A stretch of 64,000 nucleotides of DNA, taken from positions 88,201 to 152,200 of the forward strand of contig JAHZLH010000026.1 in the NCBI GenBank assembly GCA_022599915.1, given 5' to 3'. Shown here in pieces: positions 20,281 to 28,237 of the stretch; positions within the stretch are counted from its first letter, which is position 1; each line of letters begins with the position of its first letter. The stretch comes from Actinomycetes bacterium. Its GTDB lineage: Bacteria > Actinomycetota > Actinomycetes > S36-B12 > GCA-2699445. The notes under the pieces are model-generated. The model made no database searches. It was not told the origin of the DNA and worked only from the letters and a program-made list of their open reading frames with translations. Position numbers and translations under genes: made by a program.

Positions 20281-21191
20281 TTCCTCAATTTCGGGTCGAG
20301 CGCGTCGCTGATGGATTCACCCAGCATGATGAAAGCGAGCACGGTGACGGTCAGGAAGCCCGCTGGCACCAGCAACGTCCATGGAGCCGAGAAGAACACT
20401 TGCTGGGCTTCGGAGATCATCGTCCCCCACGACGTCTGAGGCGGCTGGATACCCAAACCTAAGTAGGACAGCGTTGCCTCGGCACCGATGAAGATTCCCA
20501 GACTGATCACTGCGACCACGATGGTCGGGCCGATGGCGTTCGGCAGGATGTGTCGGAACATGATCCGCATGTGGCCGGCTCCTAGCGCTCTGGCGGCGAC
20601 CACGTAATCCTGCCCTTTCGCTTCAATCGTCTTGGCTCGCACCATACGAGTGGCGACCGGCCAACTCAGCAATGTGAATGCCAGCACTACTCCCCAAATC
20701 CCTGGGATATCGACCGCTGACAGCAATACGATTGCGCCGAGGACGTAGGGGACTCCCAAAAAGATTTCCAGCGTTCGAGAGATCACCGAGTCAGTGACCT
20801 TGCCAAAGTAGCCAGCCAGCAGACCGAGTAAGGCACCCAGCAGCGTCGTGGTAACTGCGGAGATCACCCCTACCGCCACGCTCGGTCGCGTGCTGTAGAT
20901 GCTGAGCGAGTAGACATCACAACCCTGAATATCCGAGCCCAGCCGGAACTGCTCGTTGGGGGGAGTGAGCGAATCGGACAGTTGACAACCGCCGGTTAAT
21001 GACGAGGTTGCGTCCTCACTGGCGAACAGCCAAGGGAAGAACACCACCAGCGAAATCACGAAGATCAAACCAGCGCTGACCCAAAACACCCAACTGCGCC
21101 GCAACTCGTACCAAGCGTCCGAGGAACTGCTGCGAATCGCGGCACCGCCGTCGGAAACTTGGCTTTGGGCCTCTAGCTGGAGATCACTCAT
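20277..21191 (-). CDS. Peptide ABC transporter permease (OppC/DppC-like)
   Basis: BPD-type permease with multiple TM segments. 4-nt overlap with the downstream ATPase gene. Confidence 0.85.
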   Translation of the reverse strand: MSDLQLEAQSQVSDGGAAIRSSSSDAWYELRRSWVFWVSAGLIFVISLVVFFPWLFASEDATSSLTGGCQLSDSLTPPNEQFRLGSDIQGCDVYSLSIYSTRPSVAVGVISAVTTTLLGALLGLLAGYFGKVTDSVISRTLEIFLGVPYVLGAIVLLSAVDIPGIWGVVLAFTLLSWPVATRMVRAKTIEAKGQDYVVAARALGAGHMRIMFRHILPNAIGPTIVVAVISLGIFIGAEATLSYLGLGIQPPQTSWGTMISEAQQVFFSAPWTLLVPAGFLTVTVLAFIMLGESISDALDPKLRK

Positions 21192-22107
21192 AGCGGATCC
21201 TCGGATCGAGTACGGCGTACAGGATGTCTACCAACAGATTGGCGATCAAGTAGATGATGATCAGCAAGGTCGTAATGCCCACGACTACCACCGCCTCCTG
21301 CTGTTTCACAGAGGTGAAGAGTTGCTGACCGATGCCCGGAATGTTGAAAATTCCCTCAGTAATGACGGCACCGCCCATCAGTGCCCCAACTTCTAGACCC
21401 AGGAATGTGACCACCGGGATCAGTGAGTTGCGTAGGCCGTAGCGACGCAAAATCGTACGGGTGGGCAGACCCTTCGCCCGGGCAGTACGAATGAAATCGG
21501 CGTTGAAGGTCTCCAGCAAGCTCTGTCGCGTCAGACGCAAGACATAGGCCAGCGAGCCAGCAGCCAATACAAATGCGGGCAGCAGATAACTCACCGGCCA
21601 CCCCTGTGAGATTCCGGTGGGAGCCACCCAGCCCAGTTTGATGCCGAACAGCCACTGCAAAGTGAAAGCCAACACAAACACCGGCACCGCGATGAAGAGC
21701 AGCGCGATGACTAGCGACGCGTTATCCAATAGTTTTCCGCGCCGCAGTGCTGCCGCTACCCCGATGGCAATACCCAGCACGATTTCGATAACAACGGCCG
21801 TGAGCGCCAAGGTGGCAGTGACTGGGAACCGCTCGATCACGATCTGAGTGACCGATTCGCCGGAGAATGTCGTACCCAAATCCCCAGTCAGTACCCCACC
21901 GATGTATTTGAAGTACTGCACGATGAATGGATCGTCGAGATTAAACTGCTCGGTCAGGTATTCCAAGTAGGCGGGATTGCGCCGCTGCTGCGGCGACAAG
22001 GTGTTGAGTGGATTACCCAGCGCATTCATCAGGGCATAGATGATGAAGGTGGCTCCGAAAAACACCGGTATCAACTGCAGCAGCCGCCGCAGCGTGTATC
22101 GGCCCAT
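21184..22107 (-). CDS. Peptide ABC transporter permease (OppB/DppB-like)
   Basis: BPD-type permease with an EAA-like loop (RTARAKGL). 8-nt overlap with the next permease gene. Confidence 0.85.
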   Translation of the reverse strand: MGRYTLRRLLQLIPVFFGATFIIYALMNALGNPLNTLSPQQRRNPAYLEYLTEQFNLDDPFIVQYFKYIGGVLTGDLGTTFSGESVTQIVIERFPVTATLALTAVVIEIVLGIAIGVAAALRRGKLLDNASLVIALLFIAVPVFVLAFTLQWLFGIKLGWVAPTGISQGWPVSYLLPAFVLAAGSLAYVLRLTRQSLLETFNADFIRTARAKGLPTRTILRRYGLRNSLIPVVTFLGLEVGALMGGAVITEGIFNIPGIGQQLFTSVKQQEAVVVVGITTLLIIIYLIANLLVDILYAVLDPRIRYE

Positions 22108-22209
22108 GGCTTACCTCACCGGCTGAGCGCCGCGATAGTGCGGCTGCCTGAAATCCTAGCGGCGGGTATGGCTCGGCTGGGCTCTTTGAACATCGCTGCA
22201 GTTGGGATG

Positions 22210-22256
22210 CTGCAAAAGCGAACGCCGGGCTGCTCCGGAATGAAGCGGCCCGGCGT
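22210..22256 (-). terminator. Intercistronic hairpin plus U-rich tail between the binding-protein gene and the first permease gene
   Basis: On the minus strand there is a 9-bp GC stem (22248-22256 with 22222-22230), 3 further pairs after one mismatch, a 9-nt loop, then UCGCUUUUGCA. It starts 20 nt after the binding-protein stop. Confidence 0.5.
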
Positions 22257-22276
22257 CACTACTTAGGCAACCGTGA

Positions 22277-23911
22277 TTAGGAGACAACCAGCACAGCGGA
22301 CAGATCGACCGCACCGTCTGGTGCGATCGTCACATCCGACACGTTGGTGGAGTAGCCGCCGACCCGGTTGCGGAACTGGGTGGCCCACGCCTGGAAGTCG
22401 TCGTAGAGCACCTGCTCGGCCTGCTGCCACTTCTCAATCTGTGTGGAAGTTTCCTTGGCCTCGTTGCCTTCCTTCAGCAACCGGTCGAACTCCGGGTTGT
22501 CGTAGCCAATGTCGTTGTAGGGGCTAGTGCTGGCGAAGTTGGCGGCAATCATGTTCTGAATCGTCGGATTGTCAGCCACCCAGCCGACGCCATAGATGAG
22601 TCCCTTGACCGGGTTATCACTCAGTACCGCATCCAGCAGGCCACCGAAGTCCTTGAACACCTCCGGGGTGCACTTCACGCCAGTATTGGTCTGGATCTGG
22701 TTACAGATGGCTTTCTGCACGTCACCAGTCTCATTGCCGAGCTGTGGAATTTTTACTTCATTCCCGGGTACACCACCAGCTCGGTCGATCAGCTCCTTGG
22801 CTTTGGCCGCGTCAAAAACACAACTGTCGCCGCAAATATCGGTGCCGCCACCGGGGATGGTGCTCGGCGCGAAACTGTTGGCGGTGGTGCGGGTGCCGTA
22901 GTAGATCTTCTCGTTGATCTCGTCCCAGTTGATCGACTTCGCTAGCCCAATGCGCACGTCCTTCTTCTTGAAGGTCGGATCACTGGTCGGATAGCCGTAG
23001 TACGAAAACTCCAACGCACCAGTCTCATTGATGAACCGGTTGCCCAGCACGCTGGGAGCCGTTGCGAGTGCGTTTTGCGGCAGATTGTTGGTGACATCCA
23101 ACTGGTTGGCTTGTAGATCCGCCCAGAGTGCGTTGTTGTCTGCGTAGATCTTGAACTCGATCGAATCCGCGTTACCTGGCGTACCGGCGTAGTCCGCGTT
23201 CTTCACGACGGTCATCCCCTGGTTGTTCCAGGGGGATTCCAGCTTGTACGGCCCATTGCCGATTGGCTCTTTTTCGTAGCCCTTCGGATCATCAAAAGCT
23301 GCCTTTGGCATCGGCAATAGCTGCGGGCCACCGACGAAGTTGTAGAACAACGACTCGCCCAATGGTCGAGCCAACTTCACGGTGAAGACAGTGTCACTTT
23401 CGACCTTAAGGCCCGACATCGTCTCCGATTTACCGCTTTCGGCCTTCTTGTAGCCATCGACGTCCAACTGGTCCGGGCCAAGCACAAAGCCCAGCTGCTG
23501 ACCGTTCTTACCGTTGGCGGCATAGTTCCAGGTATCGACGAAGGTCTGCGCGGTAACCTTGTCGCCGTTGGTGAAGGTGAAGCCCTCATTGATCTCGATG
23601 CTCCACGTGGTGCCGTCGTCATCGGAACTGATGTCTTTGGCAAGCTCGGTCTTGACCGGAACCATCGCGCCGGCACTATCAGCCTCGAACTTGATGAGGC
23701 CGAGGAACAGCGTCTGGTTGACCTGATAGCAGTACAGGTCGTAGCAGTTGGTCGGCGTCAGCGCCTGAAACTTCTCAATCGCCATCGAGAAGGAACCTCC
23801 GGACGAGCCACTGTCACTGTCGCCATTGTCGCTGGAGCTGCAGCCTGCCAACAGAAGCGCGCCACCCAGCACTGTGGCTCCTAGCGCCAGTTTCTTCTTA
23901 CCAATCCTCAT
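22277..23911 (-). CDS. Family 5 peptide-binding lipoprotein of the ABC importer (OppA/DppA-like)
   Basis: Lipobox LLLAGCSS. 544 aa solute-binding fold. GAGAGGA SD upstream. Confidence 0.9.
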   Translation of the reverse strand: MRIGKKKLALGATVLGGALLLAGCSSSDNGDSDSGSSGGSFSMAIEKFQALTPTNCYDLYCYQVNQTLFLGLIKFEADSAGAMVPVKTELAKDISSDDDGTTWSIEINEGFTFTNGDKVTAQTFVDTWNYAANGKNGQQLGFVLGPDQLDVDGYKKAESGKSETMSGLKVESDTVFTVKLARPLGESLFYNFVGGPQLLPMPKAAFDDPKGYEKEPIGNGPYKLESPWNNQGMTVVKNADYAGTPGNADSIEFKIYADNNALWADLQANQLDVTNNLPQNALATAPSVLGNRFINETGALEFSYYGYPTSDPTFKKKDVRIGLAKSINWDEINEKIYYGTRTTANSFAPSTIPGGGTDICGDSCVFDAAKAKELIDRAGGVPGNEVKIPQLGNETGDVQKAICNQIQTNTGVKCTPEVFKDFGGLLDAVLSDNPVKGLIYGVGWVADNPTIQNMIAANFASTSPYNDIGYDNPEFDRLLKEGNEAKETSTQIEKWQQAEQVLYDDFQAWATQFRNRVGGYSTNVSDVTIAPDGAVDLSAVLVVS

Positions 23912-24129
23912 GCCTGTCCTCTCGCCTTACGTCACTGCCAGCCCAACGATCGAACTGAACCAGACCGGTAGGGCAACCGGCCACCACGGTCTGTCGTATT
24001 TGCGAGCCTATCGCGGTTACCGCCCCTGTTTTCAAGCAAACAGCGAGCCCAGCCTGCGAATCGTTACTTGCGCGGCCGAGCGACCGATCTTTCCGGACAT
24101 AGCGTGAGGTGGAGGGTGCACCACCCGGG

Positions 24130-24160
24130 TTCGAAAAAAAATATAAAAATCTTGATTTGT
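24130..24160. promoter_or_regulatory. AT-rich tract (contains an A8 run). Candidate promoter/UP region for the divergent opp operon and/or the micro-ORF.
   Basis: ttcgaaaaaaaatataaaaatcttgatttgt sits in otherwise GC-rich DNA. TATATT reads on the minus strand (24145-24140) and TTGATT on the plus strand (24152-24157). No clean -35/-10 spacing on either strand. Confidence 0.3.
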
Positions 24161-24225
24161 GAGGTTTCAGCCGCCCGCTATAGGTGACACCCAGTCTGAC
24201 GGCAACGGCAGAAAGGAGGTGCAAC

Positions 24226-24330
24226 ATGCTAGGTAGCGTTATTGAGTTCCTCGGAACTCCGAACCTTCACGGCAACGGTGACCCAGCCGCAGTAGCGGTG
24301 GCACTGCCGGAGAAGCAGCAGTTCCGATAA
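24226..24330 (+). CDS. 34-aa micro-ORF, unknown function (MLGSVIEFLGTPNLHGNGDPAAVAVALPEKQQFR)
   Basis: GGAGG at 24215-24219 lies 6 nt before the ATG at 24226. TAA stop at 24328-24330. No homology that I recognise. Confidence 0.4.
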   Translation: MLGSVIEFLGTPNLHGNGDPAAVAVALPEKQQFR

Positions 24331-24397
24331 ATCGTTGCGGACGGGCGCTTGCTCATCGCCGGTAACGGCACCAGACAACGCCGAAACCACAATGATT

Positions 24398-24443
24398 ACT
24401 TCGTCGCCCGAGTATGGTGCAAACTGTGCTCGGGCGACGAAGT
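24398..24443 (+). promoter_or_regulatory. Perfect 15-bp stem, 16-nt loop hairpin in the leader of the exported-protein gene
   Basis: ACTTCGTCGCCCGAG (24398-24412) pairs with CTCGGGCGACGAAGT (24429-24443). No clear U-tract on either strand. Confidence 0.6.
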
Positions 24444-24573
24444 GTTCCGGTTAGCCAACCGCCAAGTGGATGGACTTCAGTCCAGATCACGGGGACAGTT
24501 CAGTGCCGACATCGACCGCTCGACAGCACGACTGGACAATGGGTTCGCCCGCGAGTTGGTCCGGAGGTAACCA

Positions 24574-25470
24574 ATGAGTCCGAGTTCGCAACTGTCGGCG
24601 AAGGCAGTCACTACCGTCGGCCTGGCGGCGGTGATCGCCGCGGTTCTGCTGATGCCGACTCTGTTTGCCCAGGCCAATGCTGGAAAGAACAGCCAGAATC
24701 TCGGAGATGCGCCCGAAGGCAAAGTCACCATTTGTCACCGCACCACTGATCCCGCAGACCCCTACAACCAACTCAATCTGGGGCCAGCGGCTGTCGACGG
24801 CAACGGCAACGGCGACCACTACGGTGCACACGCTGGGCCAGTGTGGCGACCCAGCGCGACTGCCGGAGATTCCTGGGGCGACATCATCCCTCCTATCGCC
24901 GGCGAGCACGACGGCCTTAACTGGAACCGGCAAGGCAAGGCGATCTGGCGAAACGGCTGTCTTCCAGCCGACCCGCCGACGAAGCCAGTAACTCCCACCT
25001 TGCCGCCAGCACCCACCCCGTCACCGACACCCAGTCCACCGGCCCCGACCACATCACCGACGCCCACGCCACCAACGACTCCTACGGCGACAGCAAGCCC
25101 ATCCAACTCCCCCACGCCATCCCCGACAGAAACCACACCAGCAAAGCCGCCAAAGGTGCCCATCGTCGTGCTGCCCGCAAAACCCGACATCAAGCCAGGC
25201 GAATGGGTGGACTTGATCGACGACATTCGGGCCGCGGGAGACCTAAAGATCAAAGTCAACTGCCGGGTCAACGGTGTCAAAATGAACGATGTCTGCGCCA
25301 CAGTTGTCAAGAAGCGGCAGATCAGGGTGAAAGCTGATTGCAGCGACAATGTCTCACTGACTGTCCGACTGAAGGCCACTCGCGATGACTTTCGCATCAA
25401 TCGCTGGCGAGGCCGTTGGCAGGTCGACGGCGGCGACTTTGTGGCATGCACCCGTCAAGGAAATGGCTAA
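24574..25470 (+). CDS. Exported protein of unknown function: signal peptide, Cys/His-motif N-domain, Pro/Thr-rich linker, 4-Cys C-domain
   Basis: GGAGG 7 nt before the ATG. Signal peptide ends at FAQANA. Motifs KVTICHRTTDPADPYN, GDIIPP, GLNW and NGC. About 60 aa of P/T/S linker. Confidence 0.8.
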   Translation: MSPSSQLSAKAVTTVGLAAVIAAVLLMPTLFAQANAGKNSQNLGDAPEGKVTICHRTTDPADPYNQLNLGPAAVDGNGNGDHYGAHAGPVWRPSATAGDSWGDIIPPIAGEHDGLNWNRQGKAIWRNGCLPADPPTKPVTPTLPPAPTPSPTPSPPAPTTSPTPTPPTTPTATASPSNSPTPSPTETTPAKPPKVPIVVLPAKPDIKPGEWVDLIDDIRAAGDLKIKVNCRVNGVKMNDVCATVVKKRQIRVKADCSDNVSLTVRLKATRDDFRINRWRGRWQVDGGDFVACTRQGNG

Positions 25471-25532
25471 CTCGGCAACACGGTGACCTGTCGGCGCAGC
25501 GAGTTCCTCACGGTAGCCGCCGTGCAGACCAC

Positions 25533-26612
25533 TTAGGTGTTGAACCGAAACTCCACAACATCACCGTGCTGCATAACGTAGTCCTTACCTTCCATCCGGA
25601 CCTGACCACGGGATCGCGCCTCCGCCATCGAGCCAGCATCCACCAACTCGTCATAGGAAACGATCTCGGCCTTGATGAAGCCCTTTTGGAAATCGGTATG
25701 GATAACGCCGGCGGCTTCCGGCGCGGTATCGCCGCGTCTGATGGTCCAGGCCCGTGATTCCTTGGGGCCAGCGGTCAGATACGTCTGCAGACCCAGCGTG
25801 GCGAACCCCACCCGGGCCAACGCATGAATGCCGGCCTCTTGTTGGCCGATGGATTCCAGCAGTTCCAGCGCTTCCTCGTCTGGTAACTCCACCAGTTCTG
25901 ATTCGACTTTCGCATCGAGGAAAACCGCCTCTGCTGGCGCCACTAACTCCCTCATCCGCTCACGGAAGGCGTCATCGGGTAGTTCGGATTCGTCGGCATT
26001 GATGACGTAGATGAACGGCTTGGCGGTCAATAGGAACAACTCCCGCAGCGACTCCAGATCAAGACCGGCAGCAAAGACCGTTCGCCCAGATTCCAACACT
26101 TGTTGCGCCTGCTGGGCTGCCGCCAACAGCGGCGCCCGTGATTTGTCGTTGCGGGCTTCCTTCTCCAGCCGAGGAATAGCCTTTTCCAGAGTTTGCAGAT
26201 CCGCCAGCATCAACTCAGTGTTGATCGTGGCCATATCTTCAGCCGGCGATACTTCACCGGCCACATGAACCACATCTGGATCTGCGAACGCCCGCAGCAC
26301 CTGACAGATGGCATCGGATTCCCGAATGTGCGCTAAGAACTGATTACCCAAGCCCTGGCCCTCGCTGGCACCAGCGACGATCCCCGCAATGTCCACAAAG
26401 GTCACTGTGGCCGGGATGGTCTTGTCAGAGGTGAACATCTCAGCGAGCACCGGTAGTCGAGCATCCGGAACCGGAACCACGCCGGTGTTCGGCTCGATAG
26501 TCGCGAAAGGGTAGTTGGCGGCTAGCGCACCATCGGGGTTCTTCGTGAGTGCGTTGAACAACGTGGACTTACCGACGTTGGGGAGACCGACGATGCCAAT
26601 AGTAAGAGCCAC
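25533..26612 (-). CDS. ychF: Ribosome-binding ATPase YchF
   Basis: G1 motif IGIVGLPNVGKSTLFNALT and a C-terminal TGS-like domain. Start moved to the GTG at 26612. The track ORF extends to 26732. Confidence 0.9.
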   Translation of the reverse strand: MALTIGIVGLPNVGKSTLFNALTKNPDGALAANYPFATIEPNTGVVPVPDARLPVLAEMFTSDKTIPATVTFVDIAGIVAGASEGQGLGNQFLAHIRESDAICQVLRAFADPDVVHVAGEVSPAEDMATINTELMLADLQTLEKAIPRLEKEARNDKSRAPLLAAAQQAQQVLESGRTVFAAGLDLESLRELFLLTAKPFIYVINADESELPDDAFRERMRELVAPAEAVFLDAKVESELVELPDEEALELLESIGQQEAGIHALARVGFATLGLQTYLTAGPKESRAWTIRRGDTAPEAAGVIHTDFQKGFIKAEIVSYDELVDAGSMAEARSRGQVRMEGKDYVMQHGDVVEFRFNT

Positions 26613-26796
26613 CCCCAGATTGTAGGTAATGGCTCTCGCCCGGCGATGCCCCGGGAACCGCGACGCACTGACCTGCGGTCGCAGGACACTGTCGACCTCA
26701 GCAGATCTCCCTCCCTGAACCCGCGCAGACACGCGGTCTCGCGGAAATGTCGGACCCCTGGGTCATGCTGACACCAGGACGGTGGCGGCCAAAACG

Positions 26797-26832
26797 CAGT
26801 TGTCCACTGGAATACAGCTGACCACTGGATAG
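26797..26832 (+). repeat. Two adjacent copies of an 18-nt direct repeat upstream of rmuC
   Basis: cagttgtccactggaata followed by cagctgaccactggatag. 13 of the first 15 positions are identical. It ends 31 nt before the rmuC GTG. Confidence 0.6.
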
Positions 26833-26863
26833 CGGCAGCCGGACCACAAGGGAGAGGATCACC

Positions 26864-28132
26864 GTGGACTTCGCCATGGCCATGATTTTGATCGCCGGAA
26901 TACTGCTGGCAGCTGCTATCGGCTACTGGGTCGCCTTGCGGCGCTCAGCTGCTGATCTGCGTGCCCAACGAGCAGAGCAGGGCCGGGAAAACGACCAACT
27001 CGCCCACAGCAATGCCCAGTTGACCGGCGAGTTGACGGCAGTGCAACGCTCGTTGGCCACTGCCGAAACCCAACTCGCGCAGCAGCGGGAGGAACGCCGG
27101 CAATGGGATGAGCTTCTGAATCCCGTCCAGACCGCGCTCAAACTGCTGACGGAGCGGGTGCATGAATCGGACAAGAGCCGAGTGACCAAGGAGACCGAAA
27201 TCCTGACGAAACTCAGCAAGATGTCTGAGGATTTTGGCCAAGCATCGCAAAACGTCCGCGAAGAAGCTCGACGACTCAATAGCGCCCTATCCCGCTCCGA
27301 GAACCGCGGCAGTTGGGGAGAGATGCAGTTACGTCGACTGGTCGAGGCAGCGGGTATGTTGCGGCACGTCCACTTTGAGGAACAGCACACCACTAGGGCT
27401 GACGATCAGATACAGCGCCCCGATTTGCTGGTGCAGTTGGCTGGCGGTCGACACGCGGTCGTGGATGCCAAAGTCCCGCTGGACGCCTTCTTGAGCGCCG
27501 AAGATCCGAACGACGCTGCTGCCCTGGATCGTCACGCAGCAGCTGTGGCTGATCATCTCCAGAAACTGGGCAGCAAAGAGTACTGGCGTCAGTACGACTC
27601 CCCGGAGTTCGTCGTCATGTTTCTACCCGCAGAAGGTTTACTGGCGGCAGCATTGGGCGCTCAACCGGAATTGCTGCAAAAGGGCATCGACAAGCGAGTC
27701 TTGATTGCCACGCCGAATACTTTGCTCGCCATGTTGTTGACTATCGATCACAGTTGGCGGCAACTCGAGGCCGCTGCGCAGGCGCGTGAGATCCAACAGG
27801 CGGGCACCGACTTATATCAGCGGGTTCTCAAACTGGTGGACCTGCTGAGTTTGCTGGGCAAATCGATACATACGACGTCTGATCGGTACAACCAACTGGT
27901 TGGTTCGGTGGAAGCGAGACTGCTGCCAGCAGGTCGACGCATGGCAGAGCTCGCAATTTCGGATACCCCCATTCCAGTTCCGGAACGGACCGCAACCGAA
28001 ATTCGCTCGCTTGATGCCGAAAGGTGGCCATCCCCGGCGGATGCCGTCGCGATCGGCCCAGAGATTCCGACCGGTGCAGCGAGCGAGGATGGGGAGCGTC
28101 CGGAAGTAGAACCCAATCAACAGTCCGCGTAA
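26864..28132 (+). CDS. rmuC: DNA recombination protein RmuC
   Basis: N-terminal TM segment and coiled coil, then an RmuC nuclease-like core. GGGAGAGGA SD upstream of the GTG. Confidence 0.85.
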   Translation: MDFAMAMILIAGILLAAAIGYWVALRRSAADLRAQRAEQGRENDQLAHSNAQLTGELTAVQRSLATAETQLAQQREERRQWDELLNPVQTALKLLTERVHESDKSRVTKETEILTKLSKMSEDFGQASQNVREEARRLNSALSRSENRGSWGEMQLRRLVEAAGMLRHVHFEEQHTTRADDQIQRPDLLVQLAGGRHAVVDAKVPLDAFLSAEDPNDAAALDRHAAAVADHLQKLGSKEYWRQYDSPEFVVMFLPAEGLLAAALGAQPELLQKGIDKRVLIATPNTLLAMLLTIDHSWRQLEAAAQAREIQQAGTDLYQRVLKLVDLLSLLGKSIHTTSDRYNQLVGSVEARLLPAGRRMAELAISDTPIPVPERTATEIRSLDAERWPSPADAVAIGPEIPTGAASEDGERPEVEPNQQSA

Positions 28133-28237
28133 CGACCGGCGGTCAGCTTCGGTAAACCACCCAGCAGACCAGCCAGGCACACGGACTAGCCAGCCCCGTT
28201 ACCGAGTTATGGCAGGTACAGCATTTATTGTTAGGGA

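Noticed and set aside
23961-23993. Alternative pairings in the putative opp leader (CAGACCG with CGGTCTG versus CCGGT with ACCGG), suggestive of a switch
   Set aside because: Stems of 5-7 bp are not significant on their own. There is no recognisable riboswitch consensus, and covariation data would be needed.
24124-24141. GGGTTCGAAAAAAAA resembles a tRNA T-arm (GGTTCGAA)
   Set aside because: No acceptor, D or anticodon stems can be drawn around it, and the A-run replaces the T-stem 3' half.
24244-24259. 16-bp palindrome GAGTTCCTCGGAACTC inside the micro-ORF
   Set aside because: A palindrome with 7-bp arms is expected a few times by chance in 64 kb, and I saw no second copy.
24349-24570. 73-aa ORF (TTG start) ending 3 nt before the exported-protein ATG, which could be a coupled upstream gene
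   Set aside because: It has no convincing SD site and a rare start codon, I recognise no family, and the 15-bp perfect hairpin lies inside it. I treat the segment as leader RNA, but this remains open.
24990-25150. Repetitive ccgac/ccaac/ccc DNA that looks like a tandem repeat array
   Set aside because: It is in-frame low-complexity coding sequence for a Pro/Thr/Ser linker. It has no regular repeat-spacer structure, so it is not a CRISPR array or a satellite.
24819-25451. 210-aa minus-strand ORF antisense to the exported-protein gene
   Set aside because: It is the mirror frame of the Pro/Thr-linker coding region (Gly/Val-rich low complexity). It has no SD site, whereas the plus-strand gene has an SD site and a signal peptide.
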